Part shown: in pieces, positions 61,219 to 64,000 of the stretch
Layout: each line of letters opens with the position of its first letter
Position numbering within the stretch: the stretch's first letter is position 1
Source: Octopus bimaculoides
Taxonomy: Eukaryota
Assembly: GCF_001194135.2 (NCBI RefSeq)
Contig: NC_068987.1
Coordinates: 24,174,581 to 24,238,580, forward strand
Length of the DNA stretch: 64,000 bases
Reading direction: 5' to 3'
Notes under the pieces: generated by a model
The model's input: only the letters and a program-made list of their open reading frames with translations
Database searches by the model: none
Told to the model about the DNA's origin: nothing
Translations under genes and position numbers: made by a program

Positions 61219-62493
61219 ATGGAGGAGAGACTGTCTGAGAATCGGGTTTATAAGGAAACACAATGTGAGAATAATGAGTTTTCTCACCAAACTGAAGGAG
61301 ATGTAGGGAAGAAATCATACCACTGTGACATCAAAGGAAAGACATTCATGAAAAGTAAGGACCGCAATGAAGACAAACCATTTCAAGCAAGTTCAAATGT
61401 TTACTGTTCTAAAATATGTGGTAAAGGATTCATCAGAAGTTGTTCTGTATCTCCACATCAGTGTACTGAGACATGTGAGAAACAATATCACTGTGGTATA
61501 TGTGGTGAAGCATTTTCTTGGAATGAAGATGAACATTCAGCTAGTCATGTATGCACTCATACAGGGGAAAAATCATACTGTTGTGAATTCTGTGGCAAAA
61601 CATTTGCTTATATTGGAATTGCAAATACCCACAAACGTACACACACAGGTGAGAAACCATTCCACTGTGATATCTGTGGGAAAGTATTCTCTCGTAAGGG
61701 TATCTTAACTGTTCACAAACGTACACACACAGGTGAGAAACCATACCACTGTGATATCTGTGGTAAAACATTCTCTCGTAATAGCCAAGTGATTGTTCAT
61801 AAGCGTAGTCATACAGGTGAGAAACCATACCAATGTGATATCTGTGGTAACAAATTTTCTATGCATGTACATTTAGTTAATCATAAACGTACTCACACAG
61901 GAGAAAAACCCTTCCACTGTGATATCTGCGGTAAAACATTCTCTCGTAATGCTGAATTAACTATTCATAAACGCAGTCATACAGGTGAGAAACCATACCA
62001 ATGTGATATCTGTGGGAAAACATTCCCTCGTAAAAATACTTTGACTATTCACAAACGTACTCACACAGGGGAGAAACCATACCACTGTGATATATGTAGT
62101 AAAACATTTTCTTGTAATAGTGACTTGACTGTTCACAAACGTATTCACACAGGTGAGAAACCATACCATTGTGATATCTGCGGTACAACATTTTCTCGTA
62201 ATGATAAATTAACTATTCACAAACGTAGCCATACAGGTGAGAAGCCATTTTCCTGTGATATCTGTGGTAAAACATTCTCTCAGAAGCCTAGTTTAACTTC
62301 TCATATACTTACTCACACAGGTGAGAAACAGTACCCTTGTGATATCTGTAGTAAAAGTTTTTCTACAAATTCTAATTTAACTATTCACAAACGTATTCAT
62401 ACAGGTGAGAAACCATACCATTGTGATATTTGTGGTAAAAAGTTTTCTCGCAATTTTCATTTGACTAGACACATAAGCATTCACACAATTTAA
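61219..62493 (+). CDS. Poly-C2H2 zinc finger protein Z7 (424 aa, about 12 fingers plus degenerate N-terminal ones), inverted paralog of Z6
   Basis: ORF 61219..62493. Fingers are colinear with Z6 F4-F15 and share the rare helices MHVHLVN, QKPSLTS and RNFHLTR. Confidence 0.93.
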   Translation: MEERLSENRVYKETQCENNEFSHQTEGDVGKKSYHCDIKGKTFMKSKDRNEDKPFQASSNVYCSKICGKGFIRSCSVSPHQCTETCEKQYHCGICGEAFSWNEDEHSASHVCTHTGEKSYCCEFCGKTFAYIGIANTHKRTHTGEKPFHCDICGKVFSRKGILTVHKRTHTGEKPYHCDICGKTFSRNSQVIVHKRSHTGEKPYQCDICGNKFSMHVHLVNHKRTHTGEKPFHCDICGKTFSRNAELTIHKRSHTGEKPYQCDICGKTFPRKNTLTIHKRTHTGEKPYHCDICSKTFSCNSDLTVHKRIHTGEKPYHCDICGTTFSRNDKLTIHKRSHTGEKPFSCDICGKTFSQKPSLTSHILTHTGEKQYPCDICSKSFSTNSNLTIHKRIHTGEKPYHCDICGKKFSRNFHLTRHISIHTI

Positions 62494-62724
62494 AAACTAT
62501 AATACTATAAAATCTGATAATTCAGTTTCTAATGATGGTAAATCGACTGTTCATATACCTACCTACACAAGTAAGAAACCTTCGTTTCTTACCTGTGAGT
62601 TGCTTTGTGAAAATATTCCCTTAATTGTTCATATATAACTTGAGAATTGATACCACAGGGAATTCTGTGGTCAAACAGTCTCTCAGAATGTTAATTTGAC
62701 TTGATAGACATATTTACATCATCC

Positions 62725-63095
62725 ATATCATCATTGTTATTGTTTCAATGCCAGATTTACCATGCTTTCATGGGTCATATCGAATTCATTGATCAAATTT
62801 TCTATGGCTGGATGCCCTTGTTTTCACTAACCCTCACCTGTTAGTATTTCATCATGGCTGGACATGTTTTCATGGAAGATTGGAAATGAAAGACACCACT
62901 TGTATGATAGTAGTGCTTGTTTGTAATTGACACCAAATGTCCAGACAAGTAGAGACACACACATATGCATATGTAAATATATAATAATCTTCCAGTTTCT
63001 AACTACCAAATCCACTCATAAGGCTATCGTAGGTTTGGAGTTATAGGAGAAAACACCTGCTCAATGTGTCGCAGTGGGACTGAACCCAAAACCAC
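62725..63095 (-). mobile_element. Composite SINE
   Basis: Same organisation as 59995-60445. Confidence 0.65.
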
Positions 63096-63434
63096 CGTGT
63101 AATAAATCAAACCATTGAGTAAGCATTTCCCTGATATCTATGGTTAAGTTATTTGAAAGATTAGGTTGGTTAATCACAAATTAATCCACTCAGGTAAAAA
63201 AGCAAACCCTTGAATTCTATGGGTATACATTGCCTCAGAATGCTCATTCAGTACATGATATATTCATGTATATAATAACCAAACCAATGTGAGATTTGAG
63301 GGAAAACATTATCTCAGTACTAATTTAATTAGTCACAAATATACTTAAAACTCAAACTTCATTGAAAAATATTATCACAAAATTATATCAAACCACAGAA
63401 AAGTAGTTGGGGAGATGTACTTCAGTAGAATATT

Positions 63435-63800
63435 TATCATCATCATCGCTTAATGTCCACTTTCCCATGCTTATATGGGTCAAATAGAACTTGTTGAGGC
63501 AGATGCTCTTCCTGTCGCCAACCCTCACTTGTTTCCAAGCAAGGTAATAATTTCCCCGTAGCCAGACATGTTTTCAAGGAAGACTGGAAATGAAGGACAC
63601 CCTTTGTATGCTGGTGACACTTGTCTACAACCATTGTGATGTCCAAACAAGTGGACACTAACACACACACACACACATTTATGATAGACTTTCAGTTTCC
63701 ATGTACCAAATGCACTCACATGGCTTTGGTTGACTCAGGGCTATAGAAGAGACACTTGCCCATGGTGCCATGCAATGGGACTGAACCCAAAACCATGTAG
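63435..63800 (-). mobile_element. Composite SINE
   Basis: (CAT)n CGCTTAATGTCCACTTTCCCATGC tail, GACACTTGCCCATGGTGCC core and GGGACTGAACCC head. Confidence 0.7.
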
Positions 63801-64000
63801 TTAGAAAGTAAATTAAATTACATGGCTCCCACCCTCTGGGAAAATGGCTAATGTGAGAATTTATGCATTTTGATTGTGAAATACTATATCATTTCAGAAA
63901 TTTTTGTCATATTTGTAATTTTATTGGAAAATTACAAATACACAGCTGTCATATTTAGCATCAATTATTCTTATAAGTTTGTCATGCAACACATCTCTAG

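Noticed and set aside
834-62493. Regular repeat/variable-spacer pattern resembling a CRISPR array
   Set aside because: It is the 28-codon C2H2 repeat in eukaryotic coding sequence. No cas genes.

Overview
AT-rich animal genomic DNA, most likely an octopus or other coleoid cephalopod (inferred from the SINE and RTE-LINE families and the dense C2H2 cluster; not verified by search). The window holds seven paralogous poly-C2H2 zinc-finger genes, called Z1-Z7 here, with orientation + + - - + - + and 8-17 TGEKP-linked fingers each. Each has an uninterrupted ORF and no recognisable KRAB, SCAN, BTB or ZAD domain. They form three recent pairs (Z1/Z2 tandem, Z3/Z4 tandem, Z6/Z7 inverted) plus Z5. All seven share a 42-43 aa N-terminal leader and a homologous splice-acceptor/5'-UTR segment 277-636 nt upstream of the ATG. 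The spacers hold relics of many transposon classes: RTE, CR1-like, CRE-like and Penelope-like retroelements, several SINE families, an OTU-protease-bearing Helitron, a second Helitron helicase fragment, and Merlin-like, hAT-like and unassigned MITEs. The main leads are the shared ZNF leader, the divergence of DNA-contact residues between duplicates, the OTU-Helitron, and a PHD-type finger inside the RTE reverse transcriptase. All alignments and counts were done by eye.
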